Positions 1 through 11,443 of a DNA stretch of 64,000 nt are shown here, piece after piece. The stretch's first letter is position 1; each line of letters begins with the position of its first letter. A model generated the notes under the pieces. That model did not search any database, had not been told where the DNA came from, and was given only the letters and a program-made list of their open reading frames with translations. A program made the translations under genes and the position numbers. The DNA is from Podarcis melisellensis (Eukaryota). Location: the NCBI GenBank assembly GCA_964234715.1, contig OZ174278.1. One strand, 5' to 3'.

Positions 1-182
1 AGGTGTTGGAATGGATGTTGATACTTTGGAAGGTTTGTATTCCTCCTTGTAAAGATTTTTATTTATTTTTTACACAGAAGGTGAATGCCTTGTAGAAAGA
101 CTTTGCCTGACGGTGGATGTCCTTTCAATTATATCTGGTAAACTGAGGGACCACCTTTCCTCATCTTCTTCTGCCTGAACAT

Positions 183-778
183 TGAGATAATAAATTATAA
201 TTATATATTATATATAATAATAAATATAAATAAAAATAAAAAATTATTATATATTTAGATCCCACCCATCTGGCTGGGTTTCCCCAGCCTCTCTGGGTGG
301 CTTCCAGCAGAATATTAAAAACACGATAAAACATCAAACATTAAAAACTCCCCTAAACAGGGCTGCCTTCAGATGTCTTCTAAAAGTCATATAGTTTTTT
401 ATTTCCTTGACATCTGATGGGAAGGTGTTCCACAGGGAGGATGCCAAAACCGAAAAGGTCCTCCGTCTGGTTGTCTGCAACCTCACTTCTCACAGGGATT
501 GAACTGCCAGAAGCCCCTTGGCACTGGACCTCAGTGTCCAGGTAGAAAGATGGGGGTGGAGACACTCCTTCAGGTATACTGGGCAGAGGCCGTTTAGGGC
601 TTTAAAGGTCAGCATCAACACTTTGAATTGTGCTTGGAAACGTACTGGGAGCCAGTGTAGGTCTTTCAAGACCAGTGTTATGTGGTCTCGACGGCAACTC
701 ACAGTCACCAGTCTAGCTGCTGCATTCTGGATTAGTTGTAGTTTCTGGGTCACCTTCAAAGGTAGCCCCACATAGAGC
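183..778 (-). mobile_element. L2-clade LINE, 5'-truncated 3' end (ORF2 C-terminus, 3' UTR, AT-rich tail)
   Basis: ORF 490..771(-) LQLIQNAAARLV..HIT.VLKDLHWLPV...FKVL.LTFKAL.GL.P.YL matches the post-RT C-terminal motif of L2 ORF2. (TAA)-rich tail at ~185-255. Confidence 0.85.
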
Positions 779-1106
779 TACCTATTCCCCATTCTTACAT
801 TCCTAACTGTTCTCAGATGAAGTTCTCTTAGTGCTGTCTCCACCAGATTTGTTTTCTTCAGTGCATCCTTGCTGGTACAGCAGCTTCTCAACGAGTCCCT
901 CCCCCTCCTGCAAAATGGCAGGAGTTCCATCTTCTCTGACAATATGGATTGACTAGTACCTACACTGCTAATGAGGATTTGCTGACAAGTGTGTTAGAGT
1001 TAAAATCCTTTCAGTTCACGGACAGCAGAGCTAGTGCTACAATATTTGGAAGTCAAAGCAGGAGATTCCCCCAAAGTAATATTGGAGCAAACATGCCATC
1101 TTATAC

Positions 1107-1220
1107 TTTTCATTATTTAACATTTTATTATGTTTTAATATGTGCTGGAAACCACCCAGAATGGAAAGGAAACCCAGCCAGATGGGCGGGGTATAACTAA
1201 ATTTTAAATTATTATTATTA
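1107..1220 (+). mobile_element. L2 LINE 3' terminal fragment
   Basis: Reverse complement of 255-340 (CCACCCAGA..GGAAACCCAGCCAGATGGGCGGG) followed by a (TTA)n tail. Confidence 0.7.
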
Positions 1221-3470
1221 CCTCTGCTATCTATACCTGTGTGCTGTACAATTACGCTTCCAGTGCACTTGCCTTCATCAGAAGCAAAATGTGCCTCTAA
1301 AAATTAGTAAGGACTCTTCGTAAGTAAGCGTTTTTGCATGTCTTGCGCCTATGGTTCTCTTGCTTGAATACAGTATTCAGCTTTCCAATTAAAGCAAAAT
1401 CTCTAATTTCTAATGCTCCTTCTTTTATTTCATTCAAATCAGGTAAGCCTGCAACTTCTGCCTCCCTCTCAGCTGCTCTCTCACATTCACTCACGCTCCG
1501 TCTCACTGCCTCTCTTTATTTTCTTGACACAAATAGCAGTCATTGCTCAGAGAATGTGCTGGGTTAGCCTGCTTTGTAATTCAAACCTTTTATTCGGGTT
1601 ACCATTATGTACTAAAGAGGGAAATATGTATTGGCTAAATGGCCTTGTTATGGATGTTCCCATTGTGGAGAGGAAGGCTGGGCTTATGCACACACACTCA
1701 TAAGGGCCTTTCCAAATCACTGCTCTATTTATCACATACAATGGAATCTTGCTAATACTTAGTTCCACTTCTCTCTTTCTCTCTCCTGCTGGGGAAAAAA
1801 GTCCTGACATTCAGAGATTGCACAGATTACTTACAATTCTTGCTGTTCAAAACAAAAAGAAGCCCTAACCACCAGCCCCCACAAAGTAATCTAACCACTT
1901 CCCATAGATGAAAACCCCGAAAGCAGCCAGAAATGAGGTTTCAGGGTTCTTTCTGCACAGGGCTGGCTTCAGGTGACATGGAGTGCCTGGCAAATTGTCC
2001 TAGGGTGATGCCAGTGATCTCTTTTCTTTGCTTACATGCCTGACTACCCTGCCCACTTCCCTGGCTGGGGGGAAGAAGGTATAGGAAGCGCACCTGTCAT
2101 TCTACTTTAATACAAATTCTGTTGTTGACTGGTAACTTACACTGTTTGTAAAACTTGCTTTAAGTAGCCTAGGTTTCAAAAGACCACTGGCACCATTGTT
2201 TTGTGATGCTGTGAGCCAGTTTGTGTGGACCAGAAGGGCAGCATTCAAATACTTTTATAAATATACAGTATTCCATGTAGTGCTTGAGAACACCACCACA
2301 TTGGACGCTCTGTGGAGCCACTGTGGTGGGGAAAGCAAAATGGTGGGTAGCTTCCTCATTGATGATGATTACTTGAATTTACTAGTTGCCAAAACTAGAC
2401 CAAAAGATTCCCAAGCAACTCACAGCATATTTAAAAGCAGATGCATAAGTAAATATACACAAAAAGTTTCACTGAAGTACATGCCATTCATAAAAAATAC
2501 GCCAAGTGACCCTGAGTAACACCAACAAAAAGCTTCAGCAGCACAGTTGATAGCAAACAGGGAACAGGTAGGTTGGGGGGCCAAACAGCAACACTTTTGG
2601 CCCTGCTGAGTATCTGAGCTCCAGGAGCTACACAGGCATGTTGGATGTTGCCACAAACTCTAATCATGAATGTAGATTAAAGTCAATTCACACAATGACG
2701 AAAGACTGGTTCAGGGGTGAAGTGAGGTGAGGTTGGGAAAGGCTGAGTTCACTGCAGGCTGAGTTTTCAGCATCTTGCAAAGCAGTGATGTGATTGCTTC
2801 AGCCGAACATCCACATTTTCAGTTTCTCTCTGCTGTCTAGCATTTGTTTTTATTGTTATCAATGTTTTTTTATCGAGTTTCCCATAAAGTTTTTAACAGA
2901 AGATTTATGACAATGTACGGTGTGTAGTCATTCAGCTATCAATAACAGTTTATATCTGCAGGCTGGCAATTTACACTTCGGAGAGTTAGCCAGCAGTGAT
3001 GCAGTGAAATATTGACTCAGTCCCACTGAAAATCTTGGACCAGGTCTTGGGTGCGTGGCAAAGTATTCACCTGAAAGTCTCAATCTGCATGAGCAAACTC
3101 GACCCATTTTCACTCCATTCACTGTTTATTCCCCTTGAAGGTTGACTCTTCTGTTTCTGCTGGTTGTCACAAATTATTGAGGTGACTCTGGGCTCCTGGA
3201 AACAGCATTGCCTTGTTAGAGGTCTGTCAAAGGCAACCTGCATTCTATGCTTATCAAACAAAAATGCACATCTGCATGAATGATAACTTTCCCCTGACAC
3301 TGCTGTAATGTGAGCACCGGTGAGCATATTCTACTTCCTTATTGCCTAGGATGTATCCAGTGCAATGTCAGTGCTCTTCAGGAACATGCTGTTCTGATGG
3401 AAACAAGGGGCATATCCTTGGCTTGCTAGATGTCAGTAAGAGGATGATTACTTCATCGCTTGACCCTAAG

Positions 3471-3883
3471 TGTTATGGGATTAGGGGGGCTACTCGTGCG
3501 TAAGCGTTTAAGCCCTCCAGGCTCTGCAAATCAGTTTCTAAACTCTCCCAGTCCGCGGAGCCATGGGTGCATGGCTACCTCAATCGCTGGCAGAATCCGT
3601 CAGTTGGCGCTTCCGGAATTTACGCCAACATAAGAGTTCCTTAACGGAAACTCTCCGTCTGGATTCTCTGCGTGACAGTTTCCTGCGCGGAGTAGGCGTC
3701 CCCAGTGGAGGTCCTGAGCCCTCCCCACTGTTCTCACTGGAAGCATTTTGGAGCCATTCCTCCGCCTGAGTTTCTGCAGGAACTCTCCCTCTCCCCCTGC
3801 TGGTTCCTTCCTCAGCATCTGAGGGTCTCCTAGCCTCCTTGAGCCCTTCCACCACCTGACTCTCCAATGGCAGTTCCCTGACA
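3471..3883 (-). mobile_element. Solo LTR (Gypsy-like), 413 bp, with internal open frame
   Basis: TGT...ACA ends and a perfect 5-bp TSD CTAAG (3466-3470, 3884-3888). Its 5' end TGTCAGGGAACTGCCATTGGA is shared with 7074-7506. Confidence 0.85.
3580..3882 (-). CDS. LTR-encoded 100-codon frame (acidic N-half, basic RR-rich C-half, ends LCW..RK..LTDSASD); no internal ATG, probably the tail of an element ORF
   Basis: Open from LTR nt 2 to TGA at 3582-3580. Protein-level similarity to 7247-7387 with many synonymous differences. Confidence 0.55.
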   Translation of the reverse strand, partial: VRELPLESQVVEGLKEARRPSDAEEGTSRGRGRVPAETQAEEWLQNASSENSGEGSGPPLGTPTPRRKLSRRESRRRVSVKELLCWRKFRKRQLTDSASD

Positions 3884-4039
3884 CTAAGCAAATCACATTC
3901 ACTCACTACTAGAAAGATTTCACCATATCCTTGGCCTTATGACAAAGGGATATGACTGAGAGCTTTTTCAGACCATCTACAATCATCCCCTCTTCTTCAT
4001 GCAGTTGCCAGATTTCCCTTTTATAGGTCACTGATAGTA

Positions 4040-4175
4040 CAACCTGTAGCATCTGCTCTCCATAGAGAAGCTCCCAGGTTCAATCCCAAGCATATGCAGG
4101 TAGGGTTGGAAATGTCTCCTGCCTGAAACCCAGGTGAGGTGCTGGCAGTCAGTGCATGTAAGGCAGCTTCCTTTG
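4040..4175 (+). mobile_element. tRNA-derived SINE fragment
   Basis: GCATCTGCT..AGAAGCTCCCAGGTTCAATCCC (B-box)..GCCTGAAACCC; same family as 29322 and 44392. Confidence 0.65.
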
Positions 4176-5070
4176 TTCCTAGACCCTGCATTTCTCCTCA
4201 TCAATCCAGTTTCTCTCAGGGATTTCCAAGTGGTCTTCATTTCTTCTCATTAATGGATAAGGACTATCAGCAAAGCTTGGCTATGCCCCACCTGCTTGCT
4301 CAAGGGCTCAGAACAAGCTTTTGACAGCTCCTGTTTCCTCCTGCCAACTCCTTAAGTGAGCTTCCCAACCAGGAATTCCGCCCCTCAGTTCTCACTCTTG
4401 TAACCTGCTCAGTACCACCAAAGTACTCCAGTTCAACCATGATTTGTTTGCAGTCCCCTGATACCATCCAATAATAAAAAAAAACAATGCTAAATTGTGT
4501 TGGAATACACTGGCCTATAAGGGTGTTATCTTCTTTTATTTTTCAAGATGACTCTGCTACCATCGTCATTTCAGGCACCATTATAATCTGACTAATAAAT
4601 AACATTGTTATTTATAACCTTTGGGGCATTTCAGATTAATATTTCAATTTATAATGACACCAGATTAAAAGCGACTCATTCCCTGCGAGATACAGAACAG
4701 ATGATGCTGAAGGCTTGTAGTTAGGTCACAGTGGACACACTCTTCCTTTTCTGCAAGATCGTAAATGAGATAAACATTTACAAGTGAGAAGGCATATTAG
4801 AGATCCCGTTATGAGGCTGGAGTTTTCTTTTGATGAGGGAGACTGAAATTTAATAAGGTATTACAGAAGCAGGAAGCTTTTTAAAAATAAAATAAAATAA
4901 AATGCTATGGACGACCCATGTAAGCAAGCTTGGGGATTAAAGTATGAGAACAGTTTAACATGTGTCTAGCTCTGCAAGGTTCAGTTGTAAATGAAAATCA
5001 ACCCCACAATCTTATAACTACAATTGGATGTAGGTGAAAAAGCTGACAAGATTGAATCTAGAAAAGATGT

Positions 5071-5321
5071 GAGGAAGAAGAAGAGGAGTTTGGATTTGAT
5101 ATCCCGCTTTATCACTACCCTACGGAGTCTCAAAGTGACTAACAATCTCATTTCCCTTCCTCCCCCACAACAAACACTCTGTGAGGTGAGTGAGGCTGAG
5201 AGACTTCAGAGAAGTGTGACTGGCCCAAGGTCACCCAGCAGCTGCATGTGGAGGAGCGGGGACGTGAACCCAGTTCACCAGATTACAAGACTACCGCTCT
5301 TAACCACTACACCACACCGGC
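5071..5321 (-). mobile_element. MIR/CORE-like tRNA SINE (Squam3-like)
   Basis: Minus strand starts GTGTGGTGTAGTGGTTAAGAGC (A-box), has GGTTCAC (B-box) and the core GGGTGACCTTGGGCCAGTCAC, and ends in a (CTT)n tail. Confidence 0.75.
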
Positions 5322-5554
5322 TTTGGTCCTCTAGATGTTGCTGAACTACAACTTCCAACAGCTCCAGAAAGCATGGTAAAGGGATGGTGGGAAATGTTAT
5401 TCCGCAATGTTTGGAGGGCCCAATATTCCCCATGCCTGATCTAGGGAAGTTGGAACAGGGATAGAAAACATCGTTTCCTCTGTTGGCTGTGGGCCCTGTT
5501 GATCCTGGTCCATCTAGTCCGGTCCTGGATGGGGTTGCACCTTAAGAAACAAGT

Positions 5555-6155
5555 TGTGATGGCCTGGGATTTGGACTTGGATGCTGAACCTGAGGGATCC
5601 CAGCCTGCACAGGATTCCCCGCCTCCAGAACCAGCTGAGCATGAGCCTGAAGGGTCCTCACCTGTGCTGGATCCTCAGGTGCAGACATCAGCTGAGTCTG
5701 CTCTGGCTCCTGAGGTGATGGAGGACCCATTGCCTGCAGGTGCTCCACTCTCAGCCCCGGCAGAGGAAGCTGAGGTTGCCTCTGGGTCCAGTAACCCTCC
5801 AGCCTCTCCTGAGCTACAGAGGCTCAGGGCAGAGAGGCGGAGGAAACTAAGTTCCCGCAGGAGGAGTGGTCGCCTCCAGGCCAGGAGAGACAAGTCACCA
5901 GAGGATCGGGGCTGCCCTATGCCTCGAGGCAGATAAAAGTCAGCCAGCCCCAGTCCCAAGTTGCAGGAGCAATATTGTTGGTTGCTAGTTCCTGCCTGAG
6001 CCGCCCTGGCTCCCTGCTTGCAAACCTGTTCCTGACTTCACCCAACTCCCTGCCCAGCATCCAGTTTCAGCTGCTACGGACTGCCTCCATGTTGCACCTT
6101 TGACCATGGACCGGACTTGGACTTTGCCTCTCGGGAAAACCATGGGACCAGCACA
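5555..6155 (+). mobile_element. Solo LTR (Gypsy-like), 601 bp, inserted into an old L2 fragment
   Basis: Imperfect inverted ends TGTGATGG...CCAGCACA. Perfect 5-bp TSD CAAGT (5550-5554, 6156-6160). TATA-like GATAAAAG at ~5932. Confidence 0.8.
5556..5936 (+). CDS. LTR-encoded 126-codon frame: Pro/Glu-rich acidic region then SP..RRRKLSSRRRSGRLQAR
   Basis: Open from LTR nt 2 (GTG ATG...) to TAA, which overlaps the TATA-like box. Same acidic-then-basic architecture as the two neighbouring LTR frames. Confidence 0.45.
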   Translation: MMAWDLDLDAEPEGSQPAQDSPPPEPAEHEPEGSSPVLDPQVQTSAESALAPEVMEDPLPAGAPLSAPAEEAEVASGSSNPPASPELQRLRAERRRKLSSRRRSGRLQARRDKSPEDRGCPMPRGR

Positions 6156-6618
6156 CAAGTGTACAATTTGAGATTGTTACTGGAGCCAGTGCTGCTTCTG
6201 AATATCCATGTTGAAGTGGTGGCCAGGAAACCCCTTCTTCCAGCAAGCATTTTATCTGATTATTTATTTAGAAATTCAAATCCCACCTTAACAGCAATGG
6301 GGAGAAAAGCCCTTCAGGTCAGCTTACAATTTAAAAAAAATAAAAAATGCAAGCAGCAATAAAAAGCAAGGGAAAAGATTAAAAAGTGGCTGACTCCTCC
6401 ACAGTATCCCTGATATCAGGCCTCGAGTGCAGTTTAGTACCAGGGACATGCTAACACTCCACTGATCAAAATGCCCAAGGAAATACTGAGATAGGGAATG
6501 AAATCAAGAAGGAATCCAAAAAAGGGGAAGTTGCAGTAATAGGTGACTTCATTTGCCATCACATAACTTGGCACATGTGTGTTCAAGTCACAACAAGGTA
6601 AAATTTCAGCTCCTCCAA

Positions 6619-6870
6619 GGTAAAAGGTAAAGGATCCCTGGACAGTTAAGTCCAATCAAAGGCGACTATGGGGTGCGGTGCTCATCTTGCTTCAGGCCGA
6701 GGGAGCCAGCGTCTGTCCACAGACAGCTTTTTGGGTCATGTGGCCAGCATGACTAAATCGCTTCTGGTACAAGGGAACACTGTGACAGAAACCAGAGTGC
6801 ACAGAAACACCATTTATCTTCCCACCACAGCAGTACCTATTTATCTTCTTGCACTGGTGTGCTTTCGAAC
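6619..6870 (-). mobile_element. Sauria SINE, 5'-truncated
   Basis: AAAGGTAAAGG (reverse of the ACCTTT tail), GGGTCATGTGGCCAGCATGAC and GTACCTATTTATCT..TTGCAC body. Confidence 0.85.
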
Positions 6871-7073
6871 CATCTGTACCACCCATTCAGACTGAGAGCG
6901 ATGCTTTCTGTTTGATCCTGAATTGGCTTCATGACATAATGACATAGTCAAATCTCACTAGCCTCACACAATTGATACCCTCATTCTGAACTGATTTTTG
7001 TCATAGCTGTGTAGCTGAGTGTGACTGGCTGTTTTGACATCAAGATGTTGACTACATGATTCCAATTGGTTAT

Positions 7074-7506
7074 TGTCAGGGAACTGCCATTGGAACAGGG
7101 AAGGGAGGTAGAGGGGCCATTGGGATACAGGGATCCTCCGAAAGTCTTGCGAAGCAGTTCCTCTTCCTGCGGTGGGGAAAGCCACACCTCCAGTGGGGAA
7201 GAGGGAAAGGGATTAGGGGATCCTGCCGGGAGGTCAAGCCGGCCAGGAGGGAAGCACGCCTCTTCCGTTGCCCACCTTGCGCAGAGGGGTAAAGCGCAAA
7301 GAAGGAAGCAAAAGACTGGGGGTGACGAAGTTCTTATGTTGGGGACAAAACCGGAAAAAGCCACTCCCGGATTCTGCTAGTGATTGAGGCAGACATGAAC
7401 TTTGGGGTTCCGCACTGTAAATAGTTTTTGCACCAAATAAAACCTGTGAAAGACAGGTCGGAGTCCTGCCTGGTTACTTGAGAGCAACCAGCCCAGCCAC
7501 CTGACA
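7074..7506 (+). mobile_element. Solo LTR (Gypsy-like), 433 bp, related to 3471-3883
   Basis: 7-bp inverted ends TGTCAGG...CCTGACA. TSD GTTAT/GCTAT (1 mismatch). AATAAA at ~7436. Confidence 0.85.
7075..7387 (+). pseudogene. Frameshifted homologue of the LTR frame at 3580-3882
   Basis: Starts VRELPLE from LTR nt 2. After a frameshift between 7217 and 7247 it reads EGSTPLPLPTLRRGVKRKEGSKRLGVTKFLCWGQNRKKPLPDSASD*. Confidence 0.6.
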
Positions 7507-10500
7507 GCTATGTTCAGGTCATGAGGAAGAACAAAGTTCAAAAATGGTTATTGGTTTGAAAAGTAGACTAGAAAAATGAAAATAATGTGGGCTATAGAAA
7601 CCGTTCACAGAAACAGAACTGACCCTGAGAGCTATACTTTCATGTTGAAAATGCTCTCGTATGAAAATTCAGTGGAGCCCTTGTTTGTGTGGATGCATGT
7701 GTGTGTGTGTAAAATGGTCAGTGTCTGGGGCATCATCCCAAATCCAGCACGTTTGTAAAATTGAGATTAGATATACCATTACAATCTAAGTTGTGATGGA
7801 CTTTTAAGATTCTTTCCCTGTTAAAGTGAGTATTTTGCTAGTCTCAGGGTCAAGAACAGGAATTATAATGAAGAGTTTCTGAGCTGCAACTCCTTCCTCT
7901 TTCAGTTGGTGAGCAGAGGGTCAAGAAACTCTTGGATATTTGCTATAGAAAATAGATTTCAAAGCACCTGTAGGCTTATTAACACATTTTTTTTAAAAAA
8001 AATAAAATAAAATCTTAAACTTTCATTAGTGAGAAAGAAAGAAAGCTCTATTAATAGACCAAGCAAATTGATGCTTTTAATAGCACTGATTATTCTATGA
8101 AAGTGATGGGCTTTTTTAAAAAAAGACCATAATGCTTAACTTGATTTAAAGAAATCATGTTGTATGTGGACCATTTGCAACTTACATCAATCCTGCATTT
8201 ACCTTTGGATATACTTGGGTGTGGCTGCTAGGAATCATACCTGAAAAACAATCCTGCAATAAAGAAAGCAATATTAAGAGTGGTTACCATGCTTGAGACT
8301 TGAAGTGGTTGAAAATATATAAACGATATGAACAACATTTTGGGGCAATTTGGCACACTAGGAAACACTTAAAGAACTAGAGGGTGTCTTAAGCATCAAA
8401 GAACACTTGGGCAATTAAGTACATTGAAGAAATGGAAGCACTTCAGACAACTGAAATCAGTTTCAGCTGTTGAGATAAGCAACTGAAAACAATGCCTTTG
8501 TGGGCATACACAACTTGCAGAAAGAATACACTTTTCAGGAGGTAAAAGTTTATATATGAGCATAAATGCAAAACCCTGCATAGGAATATTCTAGCTCTTT
8601 CCAACAGCCAAAGTACACAATTTAACTTGCTAATGTTCATCTGTTGAAAAGGAGCAAAAAAGCATGGTGAGTTCCAACATAATAAGTTGTTGTTTGATAC
8701 TGAACAACACATGAAGATTTGCAAGTGTAAAGTGTAAAACCAAGTATAAAACACTGCAGGAATGTTATTCATATCCTACACACATGCACACAAATCTCCT
8801 TTGCCCTAATAATTGCAGTGGCAGAAACCACAATAAGCAAGGTTTGCTGATTTGGAGACTTCAATGGCTTTATGACATAGCAACAGTTAACAGACCAATC
8901 CCCCTCACCTCCCCACATCTATTTGCATGATTATCTAAAATTGGGCCATAACAGAGGGTTATAGGCGAGTCCAACAGAAGAGGAAGGGGAAGGAAGTGGT
9001 GATGAGAGGTAAAATCACGGGGAAGCAACTAGTAGAAGTAAGGGGGCCAAGAGTCAGAGATTAAGGAAAAGGATGGCCTCCGACAACAAAGTAAAGAAGT
9101 AGTAAAATAATGATAATAAAGAGCACTGAGGTGGCAAGTCAGAAGCACCACAATAGCACAAGATAAATGGCAAAACATGCTGGGTGAGGTGCTTTTATTG
9201 AACAGGATGTTAAAATGAACAACACAATCAATGGTGTAATATTTAATTCAATTCAGCCCTATGTACTCTCTCTATTTCATGCTGTCATGAACATTTTCAT
9301 TTGCAATAGGATCATATGTTGTACCTGTGCACAGCTATCAAGGGGCTTTTGCTTCACAGGGACAGAACATCTGGGCATCTGGGATTCTGACATTGCTGGG
9401 TAAAGTACCTATAGAAAGATGTCAGAATAAGACTTTAGGGTGGTTTGGGGGACCTACCCCAGTATGGAAGGGTGATCTGGGTTTTATTTATTTATTTCTT
9501 ACATAAATTGTATCCTATCCAGATGGCTATATCAAAGTGACTGACAGCCATATAACTATATAAAACATTCAGATAAAAGCAGACAAACATGTAAACTTTT
9601 AACATCCAAGGAGTATAGTACATGGAAAGCACTTGGAGTCTCTTACAACACTCTGAAAGTCTGGGTTCCTAGTAAAAGCCAGCCAAACATCAGTGGTATG
9701 CGGAACCACAGTACGTTCCCCATCAGAGGGTCTCTTCTGCATGCCATGGTAGCCTCCAGGCCGGATTACTGGAATATACTGCATTTGGAGGTGCTATCAA
9801 ATGCTGTCTAAAAGCTGCAATTCATTCAGATTGCATTCCAGTCAATTTTCAGTCAGGAATGAGCCGCATGCAGCATATTTCACCCATGCTGAAGGAACTG
9901 TCCTGTGCAATTAAAGTGCAATTTAAAGTGTTGATCTCAACACTTATATCCCTAAATGTTCTGGGCGCAGTGTAGCTACATGACACTCACCACGGGCAAA
10001 AGTCATCTTTTGCATCCCACCTTTAAAGTTCGGTAAGATGGCTGCCACATCTGGAAGACAACAGGTTCCCCATCTCCAGTGCAACCTCTGCAGGGTTCCC
10101 CTTTCACTACTCCACAGCCCTGACACTTTACATGCCATGTAGGCAATCACAGCCAACGGCAGCACATTGCTTCTATGCTCTTCATGGGGGAAAGGCACCA
10201 TTTTGGAACTGTCTCATAGTACCCAAATCAAGTAATTTTCTCAATAATTAAGAGTTCAGAAGAAGGATTATGAACACCTCCTCATTTTTTCTATCCCTCA
10301 ATTTCTCTCTGAATGAGAACAAAAACAAGTGCTAAAATAACTCAAGAAATGACCTTTGTGTCATAGAAACTTTGTGAGAACATAACTGTAAACCAACTGC
10401 TGGATCTCTGCTTAATCTTGGCTACCTGCATTTCCCCAGGACTCCTGCTTTGTCTCAGGATTTGAAAATTGTTCAGAGCCTGCAGTGTTGACAGAAAACC

Positions 10501-10935
10501 AGCCAGAGAGGCTTCACTCTTTGAACAGGGCTGCTCCCCCCCCCCCATAGAGAGTCACTTAAAGGGAGTCCTGATATTTGGGATATTGATTTCGACACAA
10601 CATGAGGAAAATGTAGTCATTCAAGTCACTTTGAATGCTGTCAGCAGGTATTCTTCAGAGTCAGCTACATTCTTGAACTGATCCCATTGACTTCTGTAGG
10701 CCATCCTCAAAGTCCTCCGGCCTTTCACGTATCTTTCTTCCATCTTCTGCAGATCCTTAATTATTCCTAAGAGTGTTACAAGACTGAAGGTACAGATAAC
10801 TGAGGAATTTGGTTTCTACAAATTCCTATGCAAACTGGCCTGATCTGTTCTCCCTGGACTAATGGGTGGATTGGAACCTAATAATCCTTTGGATTTCAAA
10901 TGTCTGCAAGTTTTGCAGTACACTTATTGGCTCAA

Positions 10936-11410
10936 TTGATGCTTTTGATGCTCAATTGATGCTTTTGAATTATGGTGCTGGAGGAGACTTTTGAGAGTCC
11001 CATGGACTGCAAGAAGATCAAACCTATCCATTCTTAAAGAAATCAGCTCTGAGTGCTCACTGGAAAGACAGATCATGAAGCTGAGGCTCCAATACTTTGG
11101 CCACCTCATGAGAAGAGAAGACTCCCTGGAAAAGACCCTGATGTTGGGAAAGATGGAGGACACAAGAAGAAGGGGACGACAGAGGACGAGATGGTTGGAC
11201 AGTGTTCTCGAAGCATGAGTTTGACCAAACTGCGGGAGGCCATGGAAGACAGGAGTGCCTGGCGTGCTCTGTTCCATGGGGTCACAAAGAGTTGGACACG
11301 GCTAAACAACAAAAATGTTGATGTGTGTAAGACAGGAGTGCCTGGCGTGCTCTGGTCCATGGGGTCACGAAGAGTCGGACATGACTAAACGGCTAAACAA
11401 CAACAACAAC
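10936..11410 (+). mobile_element. BovB (RTE-clade) LINE 3' fragment with duplicated 3' end
   Basis: ORF RVPWTARRSN.SILKEIS.ECSLE.QI.KLRLQYFGHLMRREDSLEKTLMLGK. (CAA)n tail. 11-bp TSD TATTGGCTCAA (10925-10935, 11411-11421). Confidence 0.92.
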
Positions 11411-11443
11411 TATTGGCTCAAGAAATGACCCTGAAATGTGTGG

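Noticed and set aside
1297-1506. Protein-like ORF (RRSVSECERAAEREAE...)
   Set aside because: GTG start with an in-frame TAA just upstream and no acceptor. The composition is explained by the antisense of a CT-rich tract.
3067-3327. Possible minus-strand exon (VAFDRPL...IETFR)
   Set aside because: Weak pyrimidine tract, no recognisable homology and no supported partner exons.
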